A DNA stretch of 64,000 nucleotides from an uncultured Muribaculaceae bacterium (GTDB lineage: Bacteria; Pseudomonadota; Alphaproteobacteria; Rs-D84). Of the stretch, positions 48,820-58,876 are shown one piece after another. The first letter of the stretch is position 1; every line of letters starts with the position of its first letter. The notes below the pieces were generated by a model. The model had not been told where the DNA came from. It worked only from the letters and a program-made list of their open reading frames with translations, and did not search any database. A program made the position numbers and the translations under genes. The stretch is from positions 163 through 64,162 of the forward strand of contig CAZUED010000003.1 in the NCBI GenBank assembly GCA_964619545.1, given 5' to 3'.

Positions 48820-49656
48820 TTAAATCCTAAACTCGGTTTTTGCCTGGACGGGACGCAAAGTTTGACCAAGTGGACGAACCGGGGCTGCGTTCAGGTCCAG
48901 CGCCCCAGCAATCGCGTCCAGACCGTCATCGTGCCCCGAATCGCCCATCGGCGTCCAACCCAGCATTTCAGACAGCAATGGAGTCGCCTGAATTCTTTGG
49001 TGGGCCCAAATACGACCCGTCGTCAGTAGTGGCTCTACCGCGTTCAGAATCCGAGATTCCTTGCGCGTGTGATTTATGATTTTTTGGATAACAACAGATT
49101 GGTCGTGTTTTTTTGCGACTTCGCGCAAAATCTCGGGCAAGGCGTTTCCCAGCCCATTTACTTCTATCCCGATTATATGCGCGCCATGTATTTTCATAAA
49201 TCCCAAAACTTTCTCGCACTGAGTCGCCAGTGGATGCAAATCATTGTCATCCACAATCAAGTACCGAACATCATGAATAAATGCGCGCCGATTTTTATCG
49301 TCTCGGTAAAGCAAGACACATACACTGGAATCGGCCCCTTTACGCCCGCCTGATGGATCCCAATAGCACGATACGCCCGTTATCAAAAATTCTTTATCAA
49401 TTCCCAGTTTCGCTGTGCGAGCATCAAACTCTCCGTCATAAAAATAAAGCGCGCCTGGATCCAGCCGCGCTTTATCTTCCGAAATATATTCCAGCATCAT
49501 TTGACTGGAAAAATGACGTGGTCCGACCGTTTCCCTTAATTCTTCTATTTTTTCCAGTGGAAAAATATCTGGCCATGCAGGTATGCCGCCAGAATCAATT
49601 ATCGGTAGGCGGAATAATTGGTATCCGCGTAAAAATGGCAAGGTCTGTTCATTCAT
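48820..49656 (-). CDS. Phage terminase large subunit, C-terminal nuclease-domain fragment
   Basis: RNaseH-like nuclease motifs (CYWDPSGG..D...VLLY..D...RAFIHDV.YLIVDD, GHDDGLDA). Confidence 0.6.
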   Translation of the reverse strand: MNEQTLPFLRGYQLFRLPIIDSGGIPAWPDIFPLEKIEELRETVGPRHFSSQMMLEYISEDKARLDPGALYFYDGEFDARTAKLGIDKEFLITGVSCYWDPSGGRKGADSSVCVLLYRDDKNRRAFIHDVRYLIVDDNDLHPLATQCEKVLGFMKIHGAHIIGIEVNGLGNALPEILREVAKKHDQSVVIQKIINHTRKESRILNAVEPLLTTGRIWAHQRIQATPLLSEMLGWTPMGDSGHDDGLDAIAGALDLNAAPVRPLGQTLRPVQAKTEFRI

Positions 49657-49726
49657 GGGAAAATAAAAAAAACGCGCTATGCGCGTCTGTTTGATGCCTC
49701 AATTATATCAAATTTTTCATAAAAAA

Positions 49727-51268
49727 TCAATCTAAAAATGGAACGTCAGCCATATCAGGCACTTCGGCATTACCATTGCTTGCGCTAGCAGGTGCAGAAT
49801 AAGATGGTTCTTCCGATTGATAACCTTCATCCAAATCATCAAACAAAGAATATTCCCCACTGAATTTCAGTTTAATCGTTTCTGGTTTTCCATGACGATT
49901 TTTACCGATAATCAATTCGGCCTTACCGCGTGATGCGTCCAGACGCTTGCGCCAATTGTCTGCCTTGTTGGTTGTAAATTTTTCGGAATGGTCACCGACA
50001 ACATCAGATGGATCGCGACCCTGCAAGTAATACTCTTCACGATAAGTGAACATAACAATGTCGGCATCTTGTTCAATAGACCCAGATTCGCGCAAGTCCG
50101 ACAGCAATGGTCGTTTGTCATCGCGTGATTCGACTGCGCGGGAAAGCTGAGACAGCGCGATAACCGGCGCATCCAATTCCTTGGCCAACATTTTCAGACC
50201 CCGGGTGATTTCTGATAATTCATTAACACGGCTGTCGTTTTTACGAAGAGTTGGTGACTGCATCAACTGCAAATAATCGATAACGATAAGTGCAATACCG
50301 CCATGCTTACGGGCAATACGGCGTGCGCGTGCGCGCATCATAGGGACACTCATCCCCGGGGTATCATCAACCAGCAAAGGAACATTAGATAGTGCATCAG
50401 AATACTGCGACATCCGCAGAAACTCTTGATCATTCAGGCTGCCGTTACGCATAGAACTGGATGGAATTTTCGCCTGGGACGACAGAACGCGAGCCGCCAG
50501 TTGAGATGCTGACATTTCAAGGCTGAAAAACACGACCGCGCCACGATACTTTTTATTTGCGCGATTTGCCATAATTGCGCTGGCCGCGTTAAAGGCAATA
50601 TTCATCGCAACCGTGGTCTTTCCCATAGCAGGACGACCAGCAATTATTACCAAATCAGACTTGTGCAATCCGCTGATAGATTTATCCAAATCACGCAGAC
50701 CTGTGGTCAGACCCGATAATTTTCCATCGGCCTTATAAGCAATTTCGGCTTCTTCTAATGCAACGCGAAGTGCCGCCCCCAGTGGAGATGCCCCGCGGTC
50801 GGACGATCCGGTGGTGGATAAATCAAACAGTTTTTGTTCGGCTATTTCTATTTGTCTGTCTACCGGATTGTCTAAATCTTCGACAAATGCCGAATCGGTA
50901 ATGTTTTGACCTATATTAATCAGGTGACGCCGCAAAGCATTATCATAAACTATTTTGGCATAGCTTTCTATATTTACAACAGATGCGCCGGCACTCGCCA
51001 GTTCTGACAAATACTCGACCCCGCCGACAGAATCAAGAACACCTTGTTGTGTCAGATAGTTTTTTGCCGTAATGATGTCAAATGGGATTCCGGCGGCGAA
51101 TTGCTTTTCGGCAAGTTTAAAAATCTCTTGGTGGGCGGGATGAGTAAAATGTTCAGAGTGTAAAAAATCGCTGACTTTTTCCAGTGCGCGGTTGTTCATC
51201 AAGACTGCTGCCAGCACGGCTTGCTCAGCTTCCAAATTAGTCGGTAAAGACTTGGGAGTAAAATCCAT
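49727..51268 (-). CDS. dnaB: Replicative DNA helicase DnaB
   Basis: N-terminal domain (LEAEQAVLAAVLMN) and Walker A (AGRPAMGKTT). No intein. Confidence 0.95.
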   Translation of the reverse strand: MDFTPKSLPTNLEAEQAVLAAVLMNNRALEKVSDFLHSEHFTHPAHQEIFKLAEKQFAAGIPFDIITAKNYLTQQGVLDSVGGVEYLSELASAGASVVNIESYAKIVYDNALRRHLINIGQNITDSAFVEDLDNPVDRQIEIAEQKLFDLSTTGSSDRGASPLGAALRVALEEAEIAYKADGKLSGLTTGLRDLDKSISGLHKSDLVIIAGRPAMGKTTVAMNIAFNAASAIMANRANKKYRGAVVFFSLEMSASQLAARVLSSQAKIPSSSMRNGSLNDQEFLRMSQYSDALSNVPLLVDDTPGMSVPMMRARARRIARKHGGIALIVIDYLQLMQSPTLRKNDSRVNELSEITRGLKMLAKELDAPVIALSQLSRAVESRDDKRPLLSDLRESGSIEQDADIVMFTYREEYYLQGRDPSDVVGDHSEKFTTNKADNWRKRLDASRGKAELIIGKNRHGKPETIKLKFSGEYSLFDDLDEGYQSEEPSYSAPASASNGNAEVPDMADVPFLD

Positions 51269-51371
51269 GTCTCAAACCATACAACACGAATTTTAATTTG
51301 CAATGATTTTTCTTGCTTTGTTATAAAAAAAAAACTACTCTGTTTGTCAATAAGAACAAGAGGATTCAGTC

Positions 51372-52388
51372 ATGGCATGGGAAGAAATCTGTTTTCCAAA
51401 TAACCTTAGAAATATAAGGTTGTCGCGCGGAATGCGTATGACCGAAGTCGCCAAAAAATCCGGCCTTTCGCTGTCAGCAATGTCCAAGGTTGAAAAGGGG
51501 GTGCGCCGGTTAAAACAAAGTCAACTGATGCAGCTTTGCACAATTCTGGACTGCAAGTTGGCCGACATCTTTATAAAGGCTGACGATGAAAAGGCTACCA
51601 AATGGCAATCTGAAATGCAACGTCGCTTGACTGAAAATGAAACCGCTGGTTTGAAGGTATTTGGTGCGGGGATACGGGTTTTACGCCGTGAAGTTGGTAA
51701 GACTATCGCCCAGGCGGCCCATGATGCTAAGATGACGCTAAGCGTATATCACAAGATAGAAACTGGCCAGCGAGAGGTTTATGAAAACGAAATAGAAAAT
51801 TTGGCAAAGGCAATGGGTAAATCGATTGATGAAATGTTCAAGGCAATCGCAGGACTTTATAATTCTGGTGCGCTGAACAGACAAATCGACAAGGCCGAAG
51901 AACGTGTTCGCGAAGCGCTGAAAGTTGGTAAGTCCGAATCTAATTTAGATATGGGCAGCGCGATTTATGGCGCAACGGTTTATGATTCTGTGCGGAAAAA
52001 TTTGGTTCCGGTATATGGAACCGCGAATGGAAAAAATATAGTATTTATGAAATCTGATGACAATATGCTGCCACCATTGCCAAAGATAAAAAGCGGCAGT
52101 GGGATATATGCTGTTCAGGCACCTGCTGGTCGGTTGGGACCGCTGTTTCCGCACAAATCACATTTGCTTGCAAATCCTGGTATAATGCCTGTGGCTGGTG
52201 ATTTAGCGGTTTTGTTTGATGATGATTACGAAAATATCGAGCCTCGTACCCAGGCGACCGCACGGATTGTCATGCTGAAAGAGGATAAAAATGGCACGCT
52301 AATCGGTGTTCAGTCTTATCCAGAAGAGAAAATACAGATAAAGAACGGCAAAAAGCGACTGCATAAAATTGTGCAGATTGTCTGTTAA
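51372..52388 (+). CDS. XRE-family regulator with two HTH domains and an S24/LexA-like C-terminal domain (phage-repressor-like)
   Basis: Two HTH_XRE segments. The C-terminal beta-rich domain resembles the CI/LexA C-terminal domain, but no clear Ser-Lys dyad was found. Confidence 0.65.
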   Translation: MAWEEICFPNNLRNIRLSRGMRMTEVAKKSGLSLSAMSKVEKGVRRLKQSQLMQLCTILDCKLADIFIKADDEKATKWQSEMQRRLTENETAGLKVFGAGIRVLRREVGKTIAQAAHDAKMTLSVYHKIETGQREVYENEIENLAKAMGKSIDEMFKAIAGLYNSGALNRQIDKAEERVREALKVGKSESNLDMGSAIYGATVYDSVRKNLVPVYGTANGKNIVFMKSDDNMLPPLPKIKSGSGIYAVQAPAGRLGPLFPHKSHLLANPGIMPVAGDLAVLFDDDYENIEPRTQATARIVMLKEDKNGTLIGVQSYPEEKIQIKNGKKRLHKIVQIVC

Positions 52389-52411
52389 TAATTTGTAAAA
52401 TAGAGAGAGAA

Positions 52412-53047
52412 ATGAGAGAACTGACTTCCATAATAGCGCAGCGCTTGTTGAACTTGTATCGCCAGGCTCATGTGATTGATGGCGGCTGGGCAGCTGTTAA
52501 TAAGGCATTGTTGGCCGAGGCAGATAATGAAGTTCTGGCCGATTTGCAAAAATTGCCGAACGGGGGAAAGTTGGTTCAGCATATAAAAAATTTGCAATCT
52601 GGAAAAACGGAAGTCAGCGGAATAGAACGCGAAGTTATACCATATGGTGGTAAGATGGACAGCGCGGTAAAGGCAACGCAAATTTCCAACAAGGATTTGA
52701 AAGAGTTAGAATCTGCGCTGGCAGAATTTCAATCAGACGAAGAACATATTGAAAAAATTAAAAATTTATCATTTGTTCAATCTTTTGGTGAAAAGTGGAT
52801 TTCCGGGGTTCGGTCATCATTATCTGGCAAGCCAGAGTTAGAGAAAAAATGGCTTGAAGTTTCCAGATCCGCACGGGCATATGATTTATGGAATAAAGCC
52901 TATGCCGTTTTAATTCCGCCAGTTTCGGACAGAGCACGTGCCGAGATTCAGGCAGAATTATCTGAATATGAAACTTATCTGCCGATGTTTGGCGAAGACG
53001 GAACGCAACTTTTATCGCGACTCCGCTCATTTGTAAGCAGTTTGTAA
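52412..53047 (+). CDS. Hypothetical protein
   Basis: ORF followed by a terminator at 53048-53075. Confidence 0.5.
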   Translation: MRELTSIIAQRLLNLYRQAHVIDGGWAAVNKALLAEADNEVLADLQKLPNGGKLVQHIKNLQSGKTEVSGIEREVIPYGGKMDSAVKATQISNKDLKELESALAEFQSDEEHIEKIKNLSFVQSFGEKWISGVRSSLSGKPELEKKWLEVSRSARAYDLWNKAYAVLIPPVSDRARAEIQAELSEYETYLPMFGEDGTQLLSRLRSFVSSL

Positions 53048-53074
53048 AAAAAACGCGGTGGTTCCCCGCGTTTT

Positions 53075-53731
53075 TTAATTTTCAACCTTATAAATTGTGT
53101 CAACTGCATGTGGTGTGCCGATATAAATCATGGTGCCGCTAGGGGAAAGAATAAAGTCCAGTTCCCGCAGACGCATGCGTAACATTTCTCGTTTTTGAGA
53201 AGTATTGCTGGTGTTGGGAACTTCCACGTCATCGCAGATAATCATATCGGCGCGCTGACCTGTTATATTTCCATGAATACCTTGGCAGACTACAGAAGGT
53301 TCCCGAATTCCAACTTGGCGCGAGATTGTAATTTTATGCATTCCCCATTCTTTTTTAACGTTTGGCAATAAATCTCGGCATTCTGGATGATTTTCCAGAA
53401 TATGTTTTATATGTGACACCATTCTTGATGCCAGATTGGATTCTGCAGAAAGAATAAGTATACGTGTTTGTGGTCTTATAGAAAGTACCCATGCGGCGAA
53501 AATGCCAACAACTGATGATTTTCCTGAATGTCTAAATGCCAATAAAAGCGCCCGACGGGGCGGATTTTCAAGGCTGTTTACCAGAAATCTCAAAATGTTT
53601 TTATGATGTGTTGGTGTTTCCATTCCCAGTATCTGGTTCCATGCATCTAAAAAATTTTTCGCGGATTCATAAAGTTCCATAATCATCAATACTTTCACTG
53701 GGGCCTGTATCTGCCGGGGTTCCATAATCAT
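53075..53731 (-). CDS. Phage terminase large subunit, N-terminal ATPase-domain fragment
   Basis: Walker A-like RHSGKSS, Walker B IICDDVE and the coupling motif IGTP. The fragment ends right after the ATPase domain. Confidence 0.65.
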   Translation of the reverse strand: MIMEPRQIQAPVKVLMIMELYESAKNFLDAWNQILGMETPTHHKNILRFLVNSLENPPRRALLLAFRHSGKSSVVGIFAAWVLSIRPQTRILILSAESNLASRMVSHIKHILENHPECRDLLPNVKKEWGMHKITISRQVGIREPSVVCQGIHGNITGQRADMIICDDVEVPNTSNTSQKREMLRMRLRELDFILSPSGTMIYIGTPHAVDTIYKVEN

Positions 53732-54215
53732 TTATCATTCGCGGCATGGCAGTACTCAGCACTGATAAAAGATTATTATAAAGCCCCAGTGCAGCGCCTC
53801 CACCAGTTTTATCTTCTATTAATTCTTTAATGACATCCATCTGATGCACGACATTGTCATGAATATTTTGCCACTGGGCAATACTGATTTCAACTGAGTT
53901 TAAATCTCGGAAAGCCTCTAGTATAAAATTAAAATCTGCGTTCAGGTTTTCGGGATCAATTTTTGCAGCTGGCTGATAATCGATAAAGCGGGATAGACTT
54001 ATCTTGCGAAATATATCTATACGAGAATTTTGCACGGGTGGATTTGCAAAAGAAATTATTCCACCAATCATATTCTCATCATATTGCAAATTATATTCAG
54101 TAGAATCCAAAATAACTTCATTGATTGCCACATGAACGTCTAATGGCTGAAAAAAAGGAAAAGCAAAGGCAAAGCAATATGCTTCGCCGTCACCGACATA
54201 AGAAATCTTGTACAT
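53667..54215 (-). CDS. Hypothetical phage-associated protein
   Basis: ORF sitting between the structural genes and the terminase. Confidence 0.4.
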   Translation of the reverse strand: MYKISYVGDGEAYCFAFAFPFFQPLDVHVAINEVILDSTEYNLQYDENMIGGIISFANPPVQNSRIDIFRKISLSRFIDYQPAAKIDPENLNADFNFILEAFRDLNSVEISIAQWQNIHDNVVHQMDVIKELIEDKTGGGAALGLYNNLLSVLSTAMPRMINDYGTPADTGPSESIDDYGTL

Positions 54216-54232
54216 TTTATAACCTTTGTTTG

Positions 54233-54580
54233 TCAGGCAATCAATCCATCCAGTCTGGAAATGAATGATTTCAACAGATTGGATTTTGGTGTTTTTATTT
54301 TATAAAGCTTGTCCAGATTGGATTTCTTTTTTTCATCAAATGGTTCTTCGGTTTCTTCACGCAGTCTTTTCAGAACAGCCTCTTCGGTCATTCCTTTATT
54401 TGTCATTCCTGCGCTGCCGTATTTTGCACGTTGTGCGGCTAATGTTTTTTTTACCAGATTGATTTTTGCTTTTTCATCCGCCGCAATTTTTTCTAAAATT
54501 CTTTTTCGTTCTGACACGTTTTCTTTTTTGTCTTGTTTTTGATTTAAGATGTCTGTGACATCTGATACAAGTTGTCCCAT
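54233..54580 (-). CDS. Hypothetical protein (K/E-rich)
   Basis: ORF. Confidence 0.4.
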   Translation of the reverse strand: MGQLVSDVTDILNQKQDKKENVSERKRILEKIAADEKAKINLVKKTLAAQRAKYGSAGMTNKGMTEEAVLKRLREETEEPFDEKKKSNLDKLYKIKTPKSNLLKSFISRLDGLIA

Positions 54581-54590
54581 TTTTTTCTCC

Positions 54591-56315
54591 TTAGATTAAA
54601 TACCAGCCTTCTACTGATATGCCCAGTATGCTTACAGGTAATGGTTCGCTACCCGATATAGTCCAAAGAGGACAGGTAGTATCGTCAATTGTTCCCAATG
54701 AACCTACAGAAACATCTCCGCAGTATCCAGGCGAGTCTACACCAAGTGCATCATTTGGAAGTTGTGCACGAACTGCATTTATAAATAAAGATTTGGTATT
54801 CAGGCATCGTGCGGAAATTTTATGCACTCGAATTTTTTTCGGAGCTCGTCCACTGGCGAATAAAGGCATCGCAGCAGCCGTATGTGAAAATCCGAATTGA
54901 CCAGAATCAAGAGTTTCTGCTGCTGAAAATTTTTCTATGAATACGCCTGATTCGCGCGCGACTATTACAAATGTTTCACCATTCAGCACAGCGACAGATT
55001 TGAATGATCCCAGTGTTTTGTAGATGCCCCAGGCAGAAATTTCCAATGCCGAGTTTTTATTCAGTACTGCCATGGAACCATCTGTCATCACCACAAACAA
55101 CTGGCGTGTTTTATCATTATATGCCAGATCCACGGGATGCTTCATCAAGTGACCGGAAATCGCGCACAAGTTTGGTGCATTGTAGTTTTCACCTAACTCA
55201 TCCATAATCATTTCTCTGATTTCGTTGCCACCTTTGGAAACAAAAATAGTGCTGCGGTCTATCTTTTGTGGCTGCAGATAAATCGAAGAAATACTTCCTG
55301 CATTGGTATGTTGTCTGATGTCCATGGATGATGGAGTTAATGGTTTTGCGCTGATTGCCCATTCGCCTGCTGTGGTTAAAATTTGTAAATTATCGCTGGA
55401 TACAACCGTGCAAATTTGTTGGCGTGCAGATGAAAGCAGTGTCAGAAAAATGGCTTGGTCATCCAATCCTGTTTCAGCATTAAAGTTTTGATGATCACCA
55501 ACGCATGACATCCAAACCCCACATGGCCACGCGCGCGAACCCCCAAATACCAATCGGTCCTGATGAAAAGTGATGCTGCGTGGCCATCCGCGGCGGACAC
55601 CAAATGCGGCTTCGCGCCAATCAGAAATTGCCGCACTGGGCAGCGAGTAAGTTCCATTAGTGTATGCAACGATAGTGGTAGAATTTACATACTCGTAAAT
55701 GACCCATTGCTTACCCATCAAGTAAAGTCTGCCATTGAGATTTTCAGGTGTCCAAAAAGCGGCACTGGCAGTAAAAGTAGCATAGTTATTCCCATTCGCA
55801 TTACTTGATACAGAAATTTTTATACCAGCTGCATCGTCAAATTTCATAAATGGCATATTTCGTGACATATCATCGTTTGTTGAAAAATCAAATGTGGACA
55901 GATAAAACGCGCCACCTGTTTTTTTCAGAACTCGTGGCTGAAAATCCTGATGCACGAAAATCATGGTATCAAAACGTTGCGCATATTGCATGTTACACAA
56001 TGCATCCGCGCCCCAAGGCGAGATCAAGGCCTGGACCATATTCTGACCATCATAAATTTTCATCTGACCATCAGAAATAGCCAGCATATAATTTTCTGAA
56101 TCGGAAATAGAAAAAGGAATCAAAATTGCACCATTTTTTGTCGCAGCAATCCGAATTGTTCCATTCCGCCGTGAAATAGCCCCCGATGCCAAGACATCCA
56201 TATTTTCCATACGCGACAAGCCGCGGGATGAAACATCCAAATCACCACGCGCAAAAAATTCTGGCGATACTTCCCCCAATGCGAAAGAGTTCTGATTGTG
56301 AATAAATTTTCCCAT
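54591..56315 (-). CDS. Putative phage structural protein, positioned like T7 gp12 (tail tubular protein B)
   Basis: 574-aa beta-rich ORF immediately downstream of the gp11-like gene. Confidence 0.35.
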   Translation of the reverse strand: MGKFIHNQNSFALGEVSPEFFARGDLDVSSRGLSRMENMDVLASGAISRRNGTIRIAATKNGAILIPFSISDSENYMLAISDGQMKIYDGQNMVQALISPWGADALCNMQYAQRFDTMIFVHQDFQPRVLKKTGGAFYLSTFDFSTNDDMSRNMPFMKFDDAAGIKISVSSNANGNNYATFTASAAFWTPENLNGRLYLMGKQWVIYEYVNSTTIVAYTNGTYSLPSAAISDWREAAFGVRRGWPRSITFHQDRLVFGGSRAWPCGVWMSCVGDHQNFNAETGLDDQAIFLTLLSSARQQICTVVSSDNLQILTTAGEWAISAKPLTPSSMDIRQHTNAGSISSIYLQPQKIDRSTIFVSKGGNEIREMIMDELGENYNAPNLCAISGHLMKHPVDLAYNDKTRQLFVVMTDGSMAVLNKNSALEISAWGIYKTLGSFKSVAVLNGETFVIVARESGVFIEKFSAAETLDSGQFGFSHTAAAMPLFASGRAPKKIRVHKISARCLNTKSLFINAVRAQLPNDALGVDSPGYCGDVSVGSLGTIDDTTCPLWTISGSEPLPVSILGISVEGWYLI

Positions 56316-56842
56316 TAGAACCTCGTTGATATAAGTGAAAAGTCAGGTATGTCATTGCTGGGTGACACAGTGCTGTCTATGAATTTTGCCGCGCGCAGCT
56401 CGGATTCAAACAATGCTGCAATGGTGCGTAATAAATTCTGGTCGCCGGTCAATGGCATACAGAATTCCCGTGCAAGTTGCAATGCAGCGACATTTGAAAA
56501 ATATGAAGGATAATTTTCTGGTCCCATTCGCACAACAGCAGTGATTGAAATTTTATCGGCCGGTGCAGAAATTCTGTTCCCGCTAGTTTGATAAAGCAAG
56601 CAATCACAATCCAAAACACGAAGAATTTCTACTGGCAAAAGAAAATCACCATCTGTGGTCTTGCTTAAATTGAATTTTTTCTGGGCAAATTTCCACGGAT
56701 GCGACGCCAGCAAAGAATCAATCGTAGTATCAAATAGGGTCTTTGCGACTTTGGCTGCAGCACTATCGTCGTTAAAAGACTGAATGGGATTTTCACCAAT
56801 TTTCAATAAAGCAATAGAACACAGATCAATTTTAGTAAGCAT
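56315..56842 (-). CDS. Tail tubular protein A-like (T7 gp11-like)
   Basis: N-terminal pattern IALLKIGENPIQSFNDDSAAAKVAKTLFDTTIDSLLASHPWKF resembles the gp11 N-terminus (recalled from memory, not searched). Confidence 0.45.
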   Translation of the reverse strand: MLTKIDLCSIALLKIGENPIQSFNDDSAAAKVAKTLFDTTIDSLLASHPWKFAQKKFNLSKTTDGDFLLPVEILRVLDCDCLLYQTSGNRISAPADKISITAVVRMGPENYPSYFSNVAALQLAREFCMPLTGDQNLLRTIAALFESELRAAKFIDSTVSPSNDIPDFSLISTRF

Positions 56843-56865
56843 GGGGAACTCCTGACTTTTAACTT

Positions 56866-57150
56866 TTATGCCAAAGCACTGGTTGTTACATTCTGGGATG
56901 TGATGTTAATTTTTTTGATTACGGTGTTGTCGGAAGCATTGATAATTACAATGTCGCCAATATTCATCAAAGTGCGGACCGGATTAAAAAAACCAGTAGT
57001 ACTGATGGTCGCAATACTTTCTTGGGCGGCATAGTGCCACAGAGTAAATCCATTTGCATACGCAATAACGGACAAGTTTTTGTTTTGGAAATACATGAAA
57101 AACTCCATTGTTTGAGGGATGAAGGAGGAAGTTTGAGGTAAAAAAATCAA
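56866..57150 (-). CDS. Hypothetical phage protein
   Basis: ORF between the capsid and tail-tube genes. Confidence 0.35.
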   Translation of the reverse strand: MIFLPQTSSFIPQTMEFFMYFQNKNLSVIAYANGFTLWHYAAQESIATISTTGFFNPVRTLMNIGDIVIINASDNTVIKKINITSQNVTTSALA

Positions 57151-57188
57151 TAAAACTAAAACCTAATCCTTCATCCCTCATTCTTTAA

Positions 57189-58004
57189 TTATTCGGCGCA
57201 ATTGATTTTGACGATCCCGTCCTGATCAATCAGCACGCTGCCCTGGGACATGCTGTTGCTGATAAAGTGCGCAGCGCGTTCGCCATTCCAAAAGATGTCA
57301 GATTTGACTTCTTGGCCACATGCATGACCGATAGCGGACGAGTGATACATAAAGCACTTACGCATATTGGTACCGGTTGGCAGGCCGTTATGCATAATCC
57401 AATTGATGCCCAACCACTTACGCAGTTCGAATCCACCAATCAAAGGTGTTTCGTTGCCGACGTATTCAGCCGAAACGAATTCATCCATAGACAAAAGCTC
57501 ATTCCACTGATGAACACCGACGACGCAGAATCTGCGACCATCGTCAGGAACGTCTTTAGAGTTCAATGCTTCGACCGCGGACAAAATAATTTCTTTGGTC
57601 AAAGCGGCAGTTCCATCTCCGACAGCGGTTGTTGCATTGGCCATAGATGTTATAATCAGCTCGTCAGTCTTGCGACCCAATGCATATGCACCTGCGCTTG
57701 CGACAACCCGACGTTCATCAATGTTGATTTTTAATTCATCCAAAGCATCAACCCAATCGCCCGCATAATAGTCCTGCAATACGCATTCAACAGGCTCGTG
57801 GTCCAAGTTCATGACAGGAACTAATCCGTGGCGAGATTTGGTAGTGGCAGTACCACGACCAACTTTTTGGAAAGTTGTACTGCTGCCTATAACGCCGGAT
57901 TTACTGCGTATTGTGTTGCGAAGCTTTGTCCCCATTTGTTGATAAGCAAGATGAACATCGGCCTCGAATTGTTTTACGAATATCTGGTCTATTGATTCAG
58001 ACAT
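57189..58004 (-). CDS. Major capsid protein, T7 gp10-like
   Basis: Several local pattern matches to gp10 as recalled (FVKQFEADV..., RRFCVVG, FMYHSSAIG). Strong RBS AAAGGAGA. Confidence 0.5.
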   Translation of the reverse strand: MSESIDQIFVKQFEADVHLAYQQMGTKLRNTIRSKSGVIGSSTTFQKVGRGTATTKSRHGLVPVMNLDHEPVECVLQDYYAGDWVDALDELKINIDERRVVASAGAYALGRKTDELIITSMANATTAVGDGTAALTKEIILSAVEALNSKDVPDDGRRFCVVGVHQWNELLSMDEFVSAEYVGNETPLIGGFELRKWLGINWIMHNGLPTGTNMRKCFMYHSSAIGHACGQEVKSDIFWNGERAAHFISNSMSQGSVLIDQDGIVKINCAE

Positions 58005-58311
58005 AGTTTCTCCTTTTTGATTGAAAAAAACCGGACATTATTGTCCGGTCATAAATAATTTGTTTTTCAGGTTCCGCGCAAAAGCGCGCCGTAAAAACAA
58101 ATATGCGGGTTCGTCAGAATTGTATGTCTTTTTCTGATGCTATGTTTTGCCTTATTATATACCAATTGTCCTTAAATCCGTTTTAGTGGTAGTTGCGAGA
58201 AAACAGCACATTACAGCACTTCATAGGTTGTAATGGGGCATTTTAGCACTAGAAAAGCGGTAATAAAAAATCCCGCTTTGCGGGATTTTTTATTTCAATA
58301 ATGTAATTACA

Positions 58312-58800
58312 TTATTTCTTTTTAGCAACTGGCTTTTTCGCCGGGGCTTTCTTAGCAACAGGCTTTTTAGCAGCTGGTTTTTTCGCAGCTGGCTTTTTCG
58401 CCGGGGCTTTCTTAGCGACAGGCTTTTTGGCAACCGGCTTTTTAACCGCAACTTTCTTAGCAGCAGGTTTTTTAGCAGCAGGTTTTTTAGCAGCAGGTTT
58501 CTTTGCCATTGGCTTTTTAGCAACAGGTGCTTTTACTGCCAATTTCATAACTTTTTTTGCAGCTGGTTTTTTTGCTGGAGCTTTCTTAGCAACAGGCTTT
58601 TTAGCGGCAACTTTTTTTACAGCTGGTTTTTTTGCAACTGCTTTTTTCACAGCTGGTTTTTTAGCAGCAGGTTTTTTAGCAGCTGGTTTTTTTACAACGG
58701 GCTTTTTAGCAGCTGGTTTTGCAGTTGCTTTCTTTGCCGCTGGTTTCAAGAATGAAAATGCCATTCTCTTCTCCTTCCTTTTTTTGTTTTTATAGAACAA
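58312..58800 (-). CDS. Histone H1-like Lys/Ala-rich protein (AKKP-type tandem repeats)
   Basis: About 25 PAAKK/PVAKK repeats and strong DNA-level tandem periodicity. An alternative start exists at M13 (58764). Confidence 0.7.
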   Translation of the reverse strand: MFYKNKKRKEKRMAFSFLKPAAKKATAKPAAKKPVVKKPAAKKPAAKKPAVKKAVAKKPAVKKVAAKKPVAKKAPAKKPAAKKVMKLAVKAPVAKKPMAKKPAAKKPAAKKPAAKKVAVKKPVAKKPVAKKAPAKKPAAKKPAAKKPVAKKAPAKKPVAKKK

Positions 58801-58876
58801 AAAATTTTTGTTCTTGATTACATTTTATCTGAAACAAAAAAATTAGTAAAGCGAAAAGAAAAAAATTACATAAAAT

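Noticed and set aside
58427-58795. Plus-strand ORF encoding a GF/LA-rich polymer
   Set aside because: It is the antisense shadow of the AKKP-repeat gene. The Lys/Ala-rich frame has the RBS and terminator.
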